From Pristiophorus japonicus (lineage: Eukaryota): DNA of 64,000 bases. A program made the position numbers and the translations under genes. The stretch lies in the NCBI RefSeq assembly GCF_044704955.1, contig NC_091980.1:22320001-22384000 (forward strand), in the 5' to 3' direction. The notes under the pieces are model-generated. The model was given only the letters and a program-made list of their open reading frames with translations. It did no database searches and was not told the origin of the DNA. Positions 48,300-60,664 of this stretch are shown in pieces; position 1 is the first letter of the stretch; every line of letters starts with the position of its first letter.

Positions 48300-50955
48300 G
48301 GGATGGCTTCGAGGCGGGTGTCGTCTGTCTGAGTATGAGACCAGTCTCGGGTTGCTGTGACGGGTGCCTTCACCGCAGACCGCGATGTCCGTCTTGCGTC
48401 CTCTTCTGTGCTCTGCTAGACATTGGGCCCGTTGCTGATGTCATCATCCATACAGATCTGGTTGTGACTTATGGATGGTATGGTGACAGAGGCATGGTCT
48501 TTCTCATTGGCCCCGCTTGGAGACTGTCCAGCCTACGTCGGTACGTTGTGCCCAAGGTGTTCCTCTCGGCCCATTGCGAGACTCCTCTTCATGAGGGGCT
48601 CAGGGCAGTTTCTTCCAATGATGAGGATGATGGGTTCAGTTTCTCTCAGCTTGGGTATACTTTTCGCCACTGAACTGAGGTGGGGGAACTTCTCGCAGAA
48701 ATCGGGATGTGGGATCCTGTTTCTGTCTCCGGGGATGTGGGCATTCTTTATGATGGTCAGCAGCTGTTCAGTCTTTCAAACTGCCGCTTCTATGATTAGA
48801 CGACTTGTTTTTTTCCCCTTGGCCCTGATCCTGTCTCCACCACAGGTCGCTAGCTCATACGGGAAAGCTGGACCTGGGAGGTCTAAAGCATCGAAGATTT
48901 CGGGTTCTCCGAAACAGGCATTAGATTGGTCGTCCAGCACCACCTAACCAAGGATACGTTTCAAGGGATGATTCCTGTGGTAGATTTTGCAGAGAATGAT
49001 CTTACAACAAGATCATGTCAAAGGGCAAGCCAGGTATCTGGTGCATTTTGTGTTGGCCTCTATGACCTGTGGGTCATCTGTTGGCCTTTCGTGGTGGGTC
49101 TCCCCGCTGTGGGTTGCCTCGCCATGGGTGTCCCCGCCATTCTGTCTCAGCGTCGCATGCATGAAGGAGGCATGCTCTGTACCTTAACATTCCTTGCAAT
49201 GCACCTTGTTCTGGCAGTCTTGGAATCTGTGGTGCTTGCCACACCTGAAACACAGGCCGTTGGCTCTGCAGAACTCTCTTCATTCTTGAACGGACTTTTG
49301 ACTGAAAGCAATGCAATCCGCCAGATGATGGTAGAGGCATATCTCCGAGGCTGGCCGTGTGGGCGCCGACTTCATAGACGTATCTGTTGCCAAGATGCAA
49401 AGGGAAGAGCTGGGGCTTCTGTTCCTTCCTGTCCTCTCCGAGGTTGGCTGATGGACACGGCTTGATGTCGAGGTCGCTGTGCTGTCTGGTTTCGTTTTTC
49501 AGGAATTTCGCCAGCACGGCGAAAGGAGGGTAGCTGCTGTTATCAGTTTTATGCCCTGATACATGCTTCCTCCACATATTGTGTCTGTAGGGAGGAAGTT
49601 TTTCAAGCATTAGATGAAGATAGTGGGGGTCGTTGAGCACCCTGAAGTCAGTCAAGTCGTCGATCTGTGCTGTGATATCCGTGCACAATTCGGCAAGTTC
49701 GAGAAGTTTGTGGTCCTCGTCTGCTCTGATCTTCGGAAAGTAGTCAAGCTTTTGAAGGACGGATGTTGTCATCCTCGTCTTGTTACCAAAACTCTCTTTG
49801 AGTTCCTTCCATGCTTCCTGGTAGGCTGTTTCAGGGTCAGAAATGTACCTGTGCTGGAACCTATCAACCAGTATCTTGACCTTCCCCTTTGTGAACTTGG
49901 CAAGAAAGATAAGCTTCTGCATGGCTGGGGTGGTGGCCTGGTCTACAATGGCTTCGAATGCACAGCTCCATGGCTGAAACATAATAGGGTCCCCATCATA
50001 GACATCGGGCATGTGTGCCTGCTGGCGCTCACGAGCGAGAGTGTCGGAAATATCTTTTGTCAGGTTGAGGAATGGTCTTCCTTGTTAGATGCCAGCTTGA
50101 GAGTAGGGGGGCTCGAGTCATTTGGTGCCAAGCCGATGGTTGGGTCAACTTTTCGTTCCTTTATAGACGGCTGAAAGATCGGGTCTGCTGCCCGATGCCG
50201 GATTGCAGAGGCAGACTTAACTGACCTGTCTGCAAGGTGCCGAAATTGTGAGGCATGATCATTTGGGGCCTGTTCTGGTGAGGTTCGGGGACAATGCCTC
50301 CGTGCCTGTTGCTCGGCTCACAGCATCTCCTCTACCCTGGCTTGCTCTACGGTGGTGGGTTTTCTGGCTTGAAGTATCCGGAGGTCCGCCTTGGCCTTCG
50401 CTTGTGCCACTTTCAACTCAGCCATTTGTCTCGCTATGACCTCCTCAAAGGCTGCGTTCTTGGTGGCAACAGCGGCCACCAAGTGTTGATCCAGGTACTC
50501 CGACTTGATGACAATGTTCTTGAGCTCCTTGAAGAGTGTCCCAACCATCTGCTGATGCTCGACGTGATTCTAGGGCCACGGGGTAGAGCCGCTCCATCAC
50601 GCGGGCGATGGTGCTGATGCTCGACCGTTATTCTAGGGTCACAGGGGGAAACGCTCCATCATGTGTGTGATGGCACTGTTCGCGAGGTGACAGTTCTCTA
50701 GGAAGATTGCTTTAGTTTGTTGGGCATCTTCCTCGAATGCTCCCATTTTATCTTGAGTGTGAGCACAGACCATAGTTCCTCGTACATCTGGAGTGCCGAG
50801 CGAGCCTCAGCCATGGATTTTTGAAGAGTGGACTCATCGTCTGGGGTATCTTGTAGTTCTTCAAGAATTCGTTTGGTTTTCCAGCAGTGACGATGTTGTT
50901 TATTTTTTCCTGCTTCTACATCATTGTTGAGGGCTTTTAGTGTGGGGTGTCTCTC
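48300..50955 (-). mobile_element. BEL/Pao LTR retrotransposon gag-protease fragment, no LTRs seen
   Basis: ORF 49074-50012 YDGDP..F..W..AF...KL.FL (DUF1759-like gag); Cys/His knuckles; VVLDDQS protease motif at about 48930; AQRTDVGWTV. Confidence 0.88.
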
Positions 50956-52720
50956 TCTCTCTGTTAGTGTTGTGAACAAATCTTCTATATTCGGCAATGT
51001 ATTGGGGACATTACCCTCTGGAGCCTGGTTTAGGGTTACTTTATAATCACCACACAGTCTTACCTTACCATCGGACTTAGGTACAACAACAATGTATGTA
51101 GCCCAATTACATCGATCTATTTTACCAATAATGTTCTCAGTCTCTCGTCTTTTGAATTCTTGCTCAATTTTCTCCTTGAGTGCATATGGTATGGACCGTG
51201 GCTTGCAGTAAACCGATCTCGAGTCCCTCTGTACCCTGACACTCGCCTTGAAGCCTTAGATCAGACTGCCCGTTTCGCAGAACACCTTCGGATACTTCTT
51301 GATAACCTCATCTGTTGATTAAAATCTTGCTCCCACACAGAAAATCTTACTCCAATCCAGCGTCAGTGAGCACAACCAATTTCTTCCTAGTAACGCAGAC
51401 TTGTCTCCCTTCACTACTATTAGAGGCAAGTTCTGAAATTATTCTTTATATTTCACCGGTACGGTGATACGACCTACTACAGGAATTTTCTCTCCCGAGT
51501 AGCCTCGCAGCTCTATCTTGGATTTCTCCAGTTGGGAATCACGCAAGTTGTCGAGGTGCAGTGACTCCGGTACTACACTCACGGATGCACCCGTGTCGAT
51601 TTCCATTGGTATCTTGAATCCCGCAACATCTATGTGGATTTTGATGCTCTCCGAATCGCTGTCCGTTAACCTCGTGCTCCTGATGATGTTTAACTCTAAC
51701 ATCTCCTCGTCCTGTTGTTGTTCTTCCATGCTATGTAGTCTCTTTGGATTTCTACTCATAGCTTTGAACGCTGGACTCATAGCTTTAAAAACCGGTTTAC
51801 CCTTCAGTCGGCATGCCTTCGCAAGATGCCCAGTCTTCCTGCAGAAGAAACACTTTGCCTTCACGTATGGACAACTTTGAGCAATGTGTTGTCCCAGGCA
51901 CCAATAGCACGACTTCGACGCTCTGTTAGAATTTCCATTTTCTGAGACTTTGCGCCCCCACCATCTTTTACTTTCAACCTGCAGGTGATTTACCTCAGTT
52001 GACTGGCGACCGTAATTATTATTTAATTCTCGGGAATATTATTCAACCATTCCCATCGACCTCGCTGTCTGACAAGCAATCTCAAAAGTCAAGTCATCCA
52101 TCGTCAATAACTTCCTTCTGATCACATCATTTTCCACCCCACAAACAAAACGATCCCGTAATGCTCGGTTTTGAAAGTTTCCAAATTACAGTGCATCGAT
52201 AGCTTTTTTAATGCTACGATGTAATCACTGATAATTCCATCAGCCTTTTGATTCCGAATCCTGAAACGATAGCTTTCAGCAATTTCTAATGGTTTGGGGT
52301 TATAGTGCTGCTCCAGCTTCGTTAAAATCTCTTTAAGCATTGTGCCCTTTGGCTCATCAGGCACAAGCAGATTTACAAGGGTTTCGTACAATGCCAGACC
52401 CGCCTCCGATATGAAGATCGCTTTCTTACGTTCCAACACAGCCCGGTTCTGGACTGCATTGTCTTGAACTTCGATTATGTTATTTGCTGTGAAATACATT
52501 TCTAGCCGATCCACATATGCTTTAAAACGCTCCCGATCGTGTCTATATTCCCCCAAATGTCCGATTACACCTGCCATTTTAATCTCTAGCTGTTCACACC
52601 ATGTGCTGTATTTTTACTCAGATGATGTAGCTTTTTTCCAAAGACAGAAACTTCCAAAGTCTTTCTGTCGGCTGGCTGAATCCTTCACCAACAAAATTTA
52701 AGCTTTAAATCATCAGAAAA

Positions 52721-52737
52721 ATCCCATCTCATTGCCA
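52721..52737 (-). promoter_or_regulatory. Primer-binding site, probably tRNA-Ser(GCU)
   Basis: TGGCAATGAGATGGGAT, 2 nt after the LTR, resembles TGGCGACGAGGATGGGAT with CpG decay. Confidence 0.65.
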
Positions 52738-52739
52738 AA

Positions 52740-52912
52740 TGTGATATATTCACAGAGCACAGCACACACAGCTCCTAACATGGCAGGCAGCTCTCTCGGA
52801 AGCCTCCGGAATCTGCCTCGTTCTGTTTATTATTAACTCTGTAGTTGCAGTACACAATACGTCCACATCCACAGTGTGGCGCTACAAACATTACAAGCTT
52901 ACAGACATTACA
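52740..52912 (-). repeat. Gypsy 5' LTR, 173 bp
   Basis: TGTAATG...ATATCACA termini, internal AATAAA, adjacent PBS. Confidence 0.85.
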
Positions 52913-54189
52913 AGGGGGAACAAGCAAATATATAATTAGAACCAAACTTTACTTTAACTACAGCAAACTAATGTGAATGAAGTTGGCATAGAACAAACGG
53001 GTTTCTAAAAGAAGCAATGCAAAAGTGCTTGGCAGTTGATTAGAAAAGCAATAAAAGGTGAAGACATTTTTTATTCCAGAAATATGGATTTCAGTCCAGC
53101 AAAAAGGTTCTAATTCAGTGAAGGGCATTGATTATAGAGAGTTTCTGATTACCAGAATTAGTTTAGTGTGACTGAGTACCTGAAATATAATTAAATCCTT
53201 CACTGGAGTGAATTGGCAATACATAAAATGACAGACTGAGATTCTAAAGTCGCCTCCGGAAATAATAATCAGTTCTCTCCAGTAACTTTGCAGTTATTTT
53301 CCCACATATGTCTATGTAGCCAAATCTTCAGTCAGGCTACAACTACTTCAAAGGTATTTCTGACAGTTTTATTATTAATGGTGCACAATCACACCCACTT
53401 TTTAACAATCACTGCTGACTGAAATAGTCATTCTGATGGTCCCTCCCCCCAGCCCCCACCCACCCCACCATCTCTCCTTTTATGACCCCACACATGAAAG
53501 TATATTTTCTGATTAGCTCGTGTCAAGGTTTCTACAGGGGTGAGCAGTCATCTCAAATTTTGGGGTTAATTTGATATAGATTGTAGGGTGAATCTATCGG
53601 TCCTATACTCCAAGAGGGGGCCTCACGGGAAGCAGTCAGAGAAAGGGATACGACACTCGATATTCCACCTTGCATTTCCGTTGAGCAAGGCTCTGAGCTG
53701 GGACTGCGGGATGTGTAGACGTATTTGTTTTCTTACCAATGATAAAACTTGATAGTGCTGAACTGTGGATGGAATTCGAACCCCAGTTTGATCCAGATTG
53801 AGCGCATTTGGTTTTATTCACCAAACAAGCTGCGTATCCATCCAATTTGAAGCATTTGGCCTGCATGGGTGGCACAGTTTTACCATTCACTTTTTGTCTA
53901 CCGTGACTACATGTGGTGCTATATTTTCAGTAGTAGGGAAGATGGTGGGGTTGGTATGAGGCCAAAAGGGCCAAATAGCCTTCTTTTTTGACACATATCT
54001 TGTGGTTCGTAGGCATCTATTTCTCATTGTAGACCATCATGTTTAGCTGTTAGAGAAAAACAATACATTTTCTAAAAGATCATTTAAATTTTCTATTTGG
54101 AGATGGCTGTAATCTATATGAAAAGCGTGGGTCTGGCAAAGCAGCAGAAGCTGTGTGGCTATTTTGGGATGTAAAAATTCTCTACCTTG

Positions 54190-54558
54190 CTTTAGAATTC
54201 CTCCATGGCACCGCCCTGCCTCTGTAGCTTCCTCCAGCCCTACATTCCTCCGAGATCTCTGCATTGCTCCAATTCTGGCCTCTTGTGCATCCCCGATTTT
54301 CATCACTTCACAATTAGCGGCTGTGCCTTCAGATGCCTGGACCCTAAGTTCTGGAATTTCCTCCTGAAATCTCTCTGCCTCTCTACTTCACTCTTCTCCT
54401 CTAAGTCGCTCCTTAAACCCTACCTCCTTGACCAAGCTTTTGGACACTTGTCTTAAAATCACTGTATGTGTACATTGTGTTGATAATGCTCCTGTGAAGC
54501 AGCATGGGATGTTTTACAATGTCAAAGACGCTATATAAATGAAAATTGTTGTTGTTGT
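54190..54558 (+). mobile_element. L2 3' end
   Basis: AF...PKFWN.L...LLKPYL; (TTG)n tail. Confidence 0.82.
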
Positions 54559-54584
54559 TTTAGCAAATATTCTATTTCATAATA

Positions 54585-55090
54585 CTTTTTGTACCTGTCA
54601 CCTGGCTTTTAGTGAATTGTGTACTTGAATGTCCAAATCGCTTTGGTCCTCTACAATCAGGAAAGGGGTACTGAGGTTGAATGATCAACCATGATCTTAT
54701 TGAATGGCGGTGCAGGCTCGAAGGGCCGAATGGCCCGCTCCTGCACCTAATTTCTATGTTTCTATGTTTCTAATCCCTAGTTTCTCAACATTTAGAAAAT
54801 AATCCAAATTCTATTTCTTAGGTCCAAGTGGATGAACTCATAATTACCCCCATTGAATTCCATTTGTCGTATTTTTGCCCATTCACTTAATCTATTTATG
54901 TCCCCGTGCAAATGACAATTCTCATCAGCACGACTTACAGTCCCTCCTAACTTAATGACATCTGCAAACTTTGTGCGATAGTGTAAAATGGATGTTATTG
55001 AATTGGCAGACTGCAATACATCTCTCCCAATTGTTATTTCCATTGGTAGTATTTGTTCAAGTGCTCAATCACTCTATCGTTAATGACAGA
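54585..55090 (-). mobile_element. Old CR1 containing a 113-bp + strand CR1 tail (54659-54771, TSD AATC)
   Basis: KFADVIKLGG...LSEWAK.RQMEFN; tail matches 3118-3233. Confidence 0.75.
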
Positions 55091-55339
55091 TTCTAGGGCT
55101 AGAAATTCAGTATGCCCATTTGAGGCGGTAAGTTTAGCGCCTTGGGAAAGTTAGTGCCGGCTATTGTGAAATTCGGTTTCAGCGTTCCATGAGGGAAATG
55201 GAGCGGTAAATCAGGCGTTGCTCAATTCTCTTCGGGCGGTGAAGCTGAAAATCGTTACGCTAACTTCCCAGAACAAACGTGGATGAGGCGATGGCTGTCA
55301 GACATTCCAGCACTAGCCGCTTCTTAAAGGCGAGGTAAG

Positions 55340-57330
55340 ACGACTCTGCGCAGGCACTGTCTCACAACTGCAGGCTGTGCGGAGGCGATGGGATGTTCTG
55401 CAGCCTTAGAGTGGCAGGAGGCTACTGCCAAGAGTTTTCAGATGTTTGTGGAGGGAGGTGGCACAGCACGTGTCAGCAAGGAGCATGGTGTCCAGACCTG
55501 TGACACAATGTCGCATGAAGTTAAACAACCTCGCTCAGGTCGTCAGGGTGAGTACCCTTTCTATTAACCTTACAATGCCATAATGTGACCCTCACTGTCT
55601 CACACAATGTACAGTCTGTGCAGTATCTGCTCCTTCACAGTGTGTACCAGGCCATGGTCTTCATTGCTGCAGAGAGTTGGAAAGTTCATCATACCCTGAG
55701 CCTCGATGCGTAGCTCAACATCTTGGTCCCTACTCAGCCCCAACCCTCATCTTACTACCTTTTCACTCTTTATATGCATTTGGAAAACTTTAGCCTCACC
55801 CTTAACCTTAGCTGGCAGCACCCAAATTCCATCTTTCACACAACCGCTCTGCGCAGCTACTGAGAGTGAACTATGCACATCTGCACACTTCCATAAAGTA
55901 GCAGTTCTTCAACTATGTAAGGCACATCTTGCAGACAATTAGATGTACTCACACCTTCTTCTGTTTGTTATTTCAGACAAAACTCGCTCACAACCAACGA
56001 GAGCAAATGCGGACCAGAGGAGGGGAGGCTGAACACGCCCTCGCGGAGGTGGAAGAGCGAGTAACTGCCCTCGTGGGCGCACAAGTGGGTGCAGTAGGGG
56101 TCAGGGAAGCCGAGCCCCTGGGGACAGTGATGGTGTGTTCATCCCCTTTCCCTCTTCTATGAGACCATTTACTCCCCTGCAACCACATGATTTCCCACTT
56201 TACATATAACTGTCATATGTCACCTCCTTGTTCCCTTCCTGCCCCGTCCGCTGCTGCTAACCACACTTCTGTCACTTTGTGCTTACAGATAATGAGCCAG
56301 AAGCGCAACAGCCTGCCCATGAGGCGTCCACCACCAACGACAGGGGAGACGAGAAGGAACGAGCCATCTGCTGCAGACATTGGGGACACCACCTCGCTGG
56401 ACAGGCCAATCTTCCTGGGCTTTGAGGAGCCTGATGTTCCTGGACCCAGTGAACTGCAGCAAAGCCGAGCACGAAGGAAAACTCGGGGGCCAGCTCCCTG
56501 GAGGGTGAGTCGGTGCGTGAGTCCTGCTGAGCGTGACTCAGAGGTGGACTTGGATTTTGAGGGTATGGCGACAAAGTCTAAGGGGATGCACCATGAACTT
56601 ATGGCTGCATTGGCTAGGCTCCCGCAAAGCATGGATGCACTTGCTGTGAGGTTGAGGGAGGCCGCCTCAAGCACTGATTGTGCCTCTCGGCAGCCCATCA
56701 AGCCCATCCTTGGCACTTAACAATGGATGTTGGAGTCAACCAGCGACCATGGGGTCCCAGAGGTGATGGCGCATACCATGGCTGATGTATCATGCACAGG
56801 TCGAAGCTACGCAAGGCCTTCGTGATGTGGTGCAGTTTCACTGATTGCTGGCATCAACTCTCAGTCTACTGTGTTTTAAACTCAGTTTTCTCTCATACAG
56901 ACTTAATTTGTTCTCATGCAGACTCAGATTGATGCCACGCAAGCACTGATGGCTGCCACCCTCTCTGGGTTACCTACAGTCCAACGGGGAAGTCACGGTG
57001 CCGAAGTAGGTCACACACTCTGCTGCAGCAGATTGCGCTGGATGCTGAGGCTCCGCCCCGGGGGAGTGGCAGTGTATCAATGGAAATGGAAGGTGCTGTC
57101 CTCTCTTCTGGCTCCCACACTGCCACTCCACCTACGCAGCTGCCGCAGCCTGCACCCACTCATCCGAGACTGCTGCCGCCCATGCTGGTCCAGGGCATCC
57201 TGCTAGGCCATCTGCAGTCTCTGCCTCACAGACACAGCAACCTTCAAGCAGCCCTGCTGCAGGCACTGCGGCCACATTAAGGAGGAGCAGTAGGAGTGGT
57301 CGGGGAGGAAAAGGGAAGGTCTGGCAAGTC
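55340..57330 (+). pseudogene. Harbinger C Myb/SANT gene (exon 1 to 55547, exon 2 55977-56132, exon 3 from 56290)
   Basis: RRRWDVL...LWREVAQHVS...TQCRMKLNNL; GTGAGT donor; ttcag|TKLAHNQREQMRTRGG. Confidence 0.8.
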
Positions 57331-57375
57331 TGTCAGCAAGTCGAAATAAGGTGTTTCCCACCATGGCCAGATAAA

Positions 57376-58278
57376 AACATGAGAGCATAAGAAATAGGAA
57401 CAGGAGAAGGCCATACAGCCCCTCGAGCCTGCTCCACCATTTAATACGATCATGACTGATCCGATCATGGACTCAGGTCCACTTCCCTGCCCGCGCACTA
57501 TAACCCCTTATTCCCTTATTGTATAAGAAACTATCTATTATTATTCAATGTCCCGGCTTCCACAGCTCTCTGAGGCAGTGAATTTGACAGATTTACAACC
57601 CTCTCAGCGAAGAAATTTCTCCTCATCTCAGTTTTTAATTGACGGCCCTTTATTCTAAGATTATGCCCTCTAGTTCTAGTCTCCTCTATCAGTGGAAACA
57701 TCCTCTCTGCATCCACGTTGTCAAGCCCTCTCATAATCTTATGTTTCAATAAGATCACCTCTCATTCTTCTGAATTCCACTGAGTAGAGGCCCAACCTAC
57801 TCAACCTTTCCTCATAAATCAACCCCCTCATCTCTGGAATCAATCTTGTGAACCTTCTCTGAACTGCCTCCAAAGCAAGTTTATCCTTTCATAAATATGG
57901 AACTCAAAACTGCACTCAGTGTTCCAGGTGTGGCCTCACCAATACCCTGTACAACTGTAGCAAAATTTCCCTGCTTTGATACTCCATCCCCTTTGCAATA
58001 AAGGCCAAGATTCCATTGGCCTTCCTGATCACTTGCTGTACCTGCATACTATCCTTTTGTGTTTCATGCACAAAGACCCCCAGGTCCCGCTGTATTGCAG
58101 CACTTTGCAATCTTTCTCCATTTAAATAATCACTTGCTCTTTGATTTTTTTCTGCCAAAGTGCATGACCTCGCACTTTCCAATATTATACTCCATCTGCC
58201 AAATTTTTGCTCACTCACTTAGCCTGTCTATGTCCTTTTGCAGATTTTGTGTGTCCTCCTCACACATTGCTTTTCCTC
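57376..58278 (-). mobile_element. CR1 3' fragment between the two Harbinger C genes
   Basis: CR1 tail and RT C-terminal ORFs 57531-57758 and 57916-58218. Confidence 0.9.
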
Positions 58279-58882
58279 TGAATCTTGTAAATATAATTGT
58301 ACATATTTTGTGGGTGATGTTTGACGCCTGTTATTTGTGGAAGGGTATTGGCATAATATGCTTCATGGGAGCTGGTGTTTCATTCCAGATATAAGGGGCT
58401 TTTTAAAATATATTCATGACGTTTCTTGTGTGTTGTGCTTTTTCAAGGGGCATTTGTTACATTCTTTATTAGTTTCCGGTGATGGGTTATTAGTGTGCGA
58501 CAAAGGGCACACTCTTGTTACAGATAATAAAATGTTGTTTTGTTTGACCGCTTGCATTGCTATCATGTGTATTCGTTGAGAATTTCACGGAACTGCGCCT
58601 AGCACGTAGCGATGTGATTAGGAGGCCCAGTCGACACCTGTTGTTTGATTCAGTGTTATCGATGGAGAATGAGACGCTGATGTGTGGCCCTTGCCACAGC
58701 TGCATTGGCACGATGCGACCTACATGGCTGCTAATCTTCCTCCTTATTTGCCTCACGATGCTGTACATTGTCATGCAGCTCTTCCTCTTCCTCCTCCTGA
58801 AGTGGCGAGCTGCAATCCCCAGTGGCAATGATGAAGGCCAGATTGTGCAGCAAGCAGCAGAATACAATGAAGAGTGAGACTT

Positions 58883-59212
58883 TGATAGAGAATTCAAGCT
58901 CTGCAGCCTGGCTGCAGTTTTGAAAAAACACAGACCACATTGCATTAAGTCATCAATCAACTTGACATTTTAGGACCTTGGGTAGCGAGCCAATTAAAAG
59001 GTTAACAAACTATCAATTGAGCCAATAAGGTCAAAGAAGGCGAGTTCTTTTCTGTAAATTGAACCAGGTATAAGTACAGCCATTTTGGCCATGTGGTCTC
59101 AGAAGGACAAAGGCCTGGCTTAAAGCCAAGAGCTTGTTGCTGCTGCCAGAATAAAGTTACATTAAAACTACAATCGGAGTTCGTATTTCATTGGAAATTA
59201 AGAGATCTAACA
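58883..59212 (+). mobile_element. Solo LTR, 330 bp
   Basis: TGATAGA...TCTAACA termini; 5-bp TSD GACTT; two CCAAT boxes, TATAA, AATAAA in order. Confidence 0.88.
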
Positions 59213-60034
59213 GACTTGATCAGGGGAGTACTGAAGGATCCCTCTAGACCGGTCAAGGCAGTGGAAATGCTGCTTCAGCACTCGGATAGTCTGTTCTATG
59301 AGGTTCTGGGTGGTGTCATGGCTCTCGTACCGATGCTCAGCAGGGGTGTTTGGGTTATGGAGGGGTATCATGAGTCAGGTGGCTAGAGCATAGCCCTTGC
59401 TGCCGAGCAGCTGGCCGCAATCTTGATGTGGTGGCTGGAAGATTCATGGCACGGTGCTCTCCCGCAGGATGAAAGCATCATGTGCGCTGCCATGATAGCG
59501 GGCATTGATGGCAAGGATACACTGCGTGTGGTCGCACACCATCTGCACATTGAGAGAGTGGTAGCCCTTGCGGTTCCGAAACACCTCCGCATTCTGGTGT
59601 GGTGCGCAATCAATGGCGCCCTGAACCATCGGAAGCCCGCTATCCTGGTGAACCCACATAACTATTGCTGCTGTTGCTCCCTCATCGTGGGAAACATTAT
59701 GTAGTCCATGCACCTGTGGTACAGAATGTCTGTGACCTGGAAGATGCAGCAATGAGGAGCAATTTGCAAAATGCTGCAGATGTCCCCTGCTGTATCCTGG
59801 AACATACTGGAGGCATAGAAGTTGAGCACCACAGTTACCTTCATTGCGACAGACAGCGAAGTCCTGGTCCTGAGGTCAGCCTCTAGGTCTGGCTACAGGA
59901 GATGGCGTAGGTCAGTGATGACCTCCTTACAGAACCACAGCCTTCTAATGCACTGCTCCTAAGACATGTCTCCATATGACAAGTGGTCCCAATAAACCCG
60001 GGTGGGGTAAGACCTCCTGTCCCGACATCTACGG

Positions 60035-60664
60035 GGTCTCCTCATTCGTGGCTCAGAGACATGGACCATGTAGATTAGACACCGCAAATCACTGGAGAAA
60101 TACCACCAGCGATGTTGCCGCAAGATCCTACAAATCCCCTGGGAGGACAGACGCACCAACGTTAGCGTTTTTGACCAGGCCAACATCCCCAGCATTGAAG
60201 CACTGACCACACTTGATCAGCTCCGCTGGGTAGGCCACATAGTCCGCATGCCAGATACGAGACTCCCAAAGTAAACGCTCCATTTGGAACACCTTCATGG
60301 CAAACAAGCAAAAGGTGGGCAGAGGAAACATTACAAGGACACCCTCAAAGCCTCCCTGATAAAGTGCAAGATCCCTACTGACACCTGGGAGTCCCTGGCC
60401 AAAGACCGCCCTAAATGGAGGAAGTGCATCCGGGATGGCGCTGAGTACCTCAAGTCTCATCGCCGAGAGCATGCAGAAATCAAGTGCAGGCAGCGGAAAG
60501 AACGTGTGAAAAACCTGTCCCACCCTCCCCTTCCCTCAACGACTATCTGTCTCACCTGTGACAGGGACTGTGGTTCTTGTATGGACTGTTCAGCCACCTA
60601 AGGATTCATTTTTAGAGTGGAAGCAAGTCTTCCTCGATTCCGAGGGACTGCCTATGATGATGAT
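60035..60664 (+). mobile_element. RTE/BovB-like 3' end
   Basis: LEKYHQRC.RKIL, QLRW.GH, KDTLKASL; (ATG)n tail. Confidence 0.9.

Larger units (their letters stand above)
50962..52912 (-). mobile_element. Mag-like Gypsy 5' half: LTR, PBS, gag, protease, start of RT
   Basis: gag 52577-52122; knuckles CYWCLGQHIAQSC and CFFCRKTGHLAKAC; MEIDTGAS; VVVPKSDGKVRLCGDYK; LPNIEDLF. Confidence 0.92.

Noticed and set aside
48335-50617. Long + strand ORFs
   Set aside because: Antisense shadows of the minus-strand BEL gag-pro.
50550-50675. About 62-bp direct repeat pair as LTR remnants
   Set aside because: Adjacent tandem copies inside BEL gag, without TG..CA termini.
41860-52912. Integrase fragment and Gypsy 5' half as one split element
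   Set aside because: They lie on opposite strands and no matching second LTR was found.
53636-53920. Minus-strand ORF with a strong GTAAGA donor at about 53736
   Set aside because: No clear acceptor, no recognisable protein, and the long frame ends in phase 1, incompatible with the next candidate exon; not excluded but unsupported.
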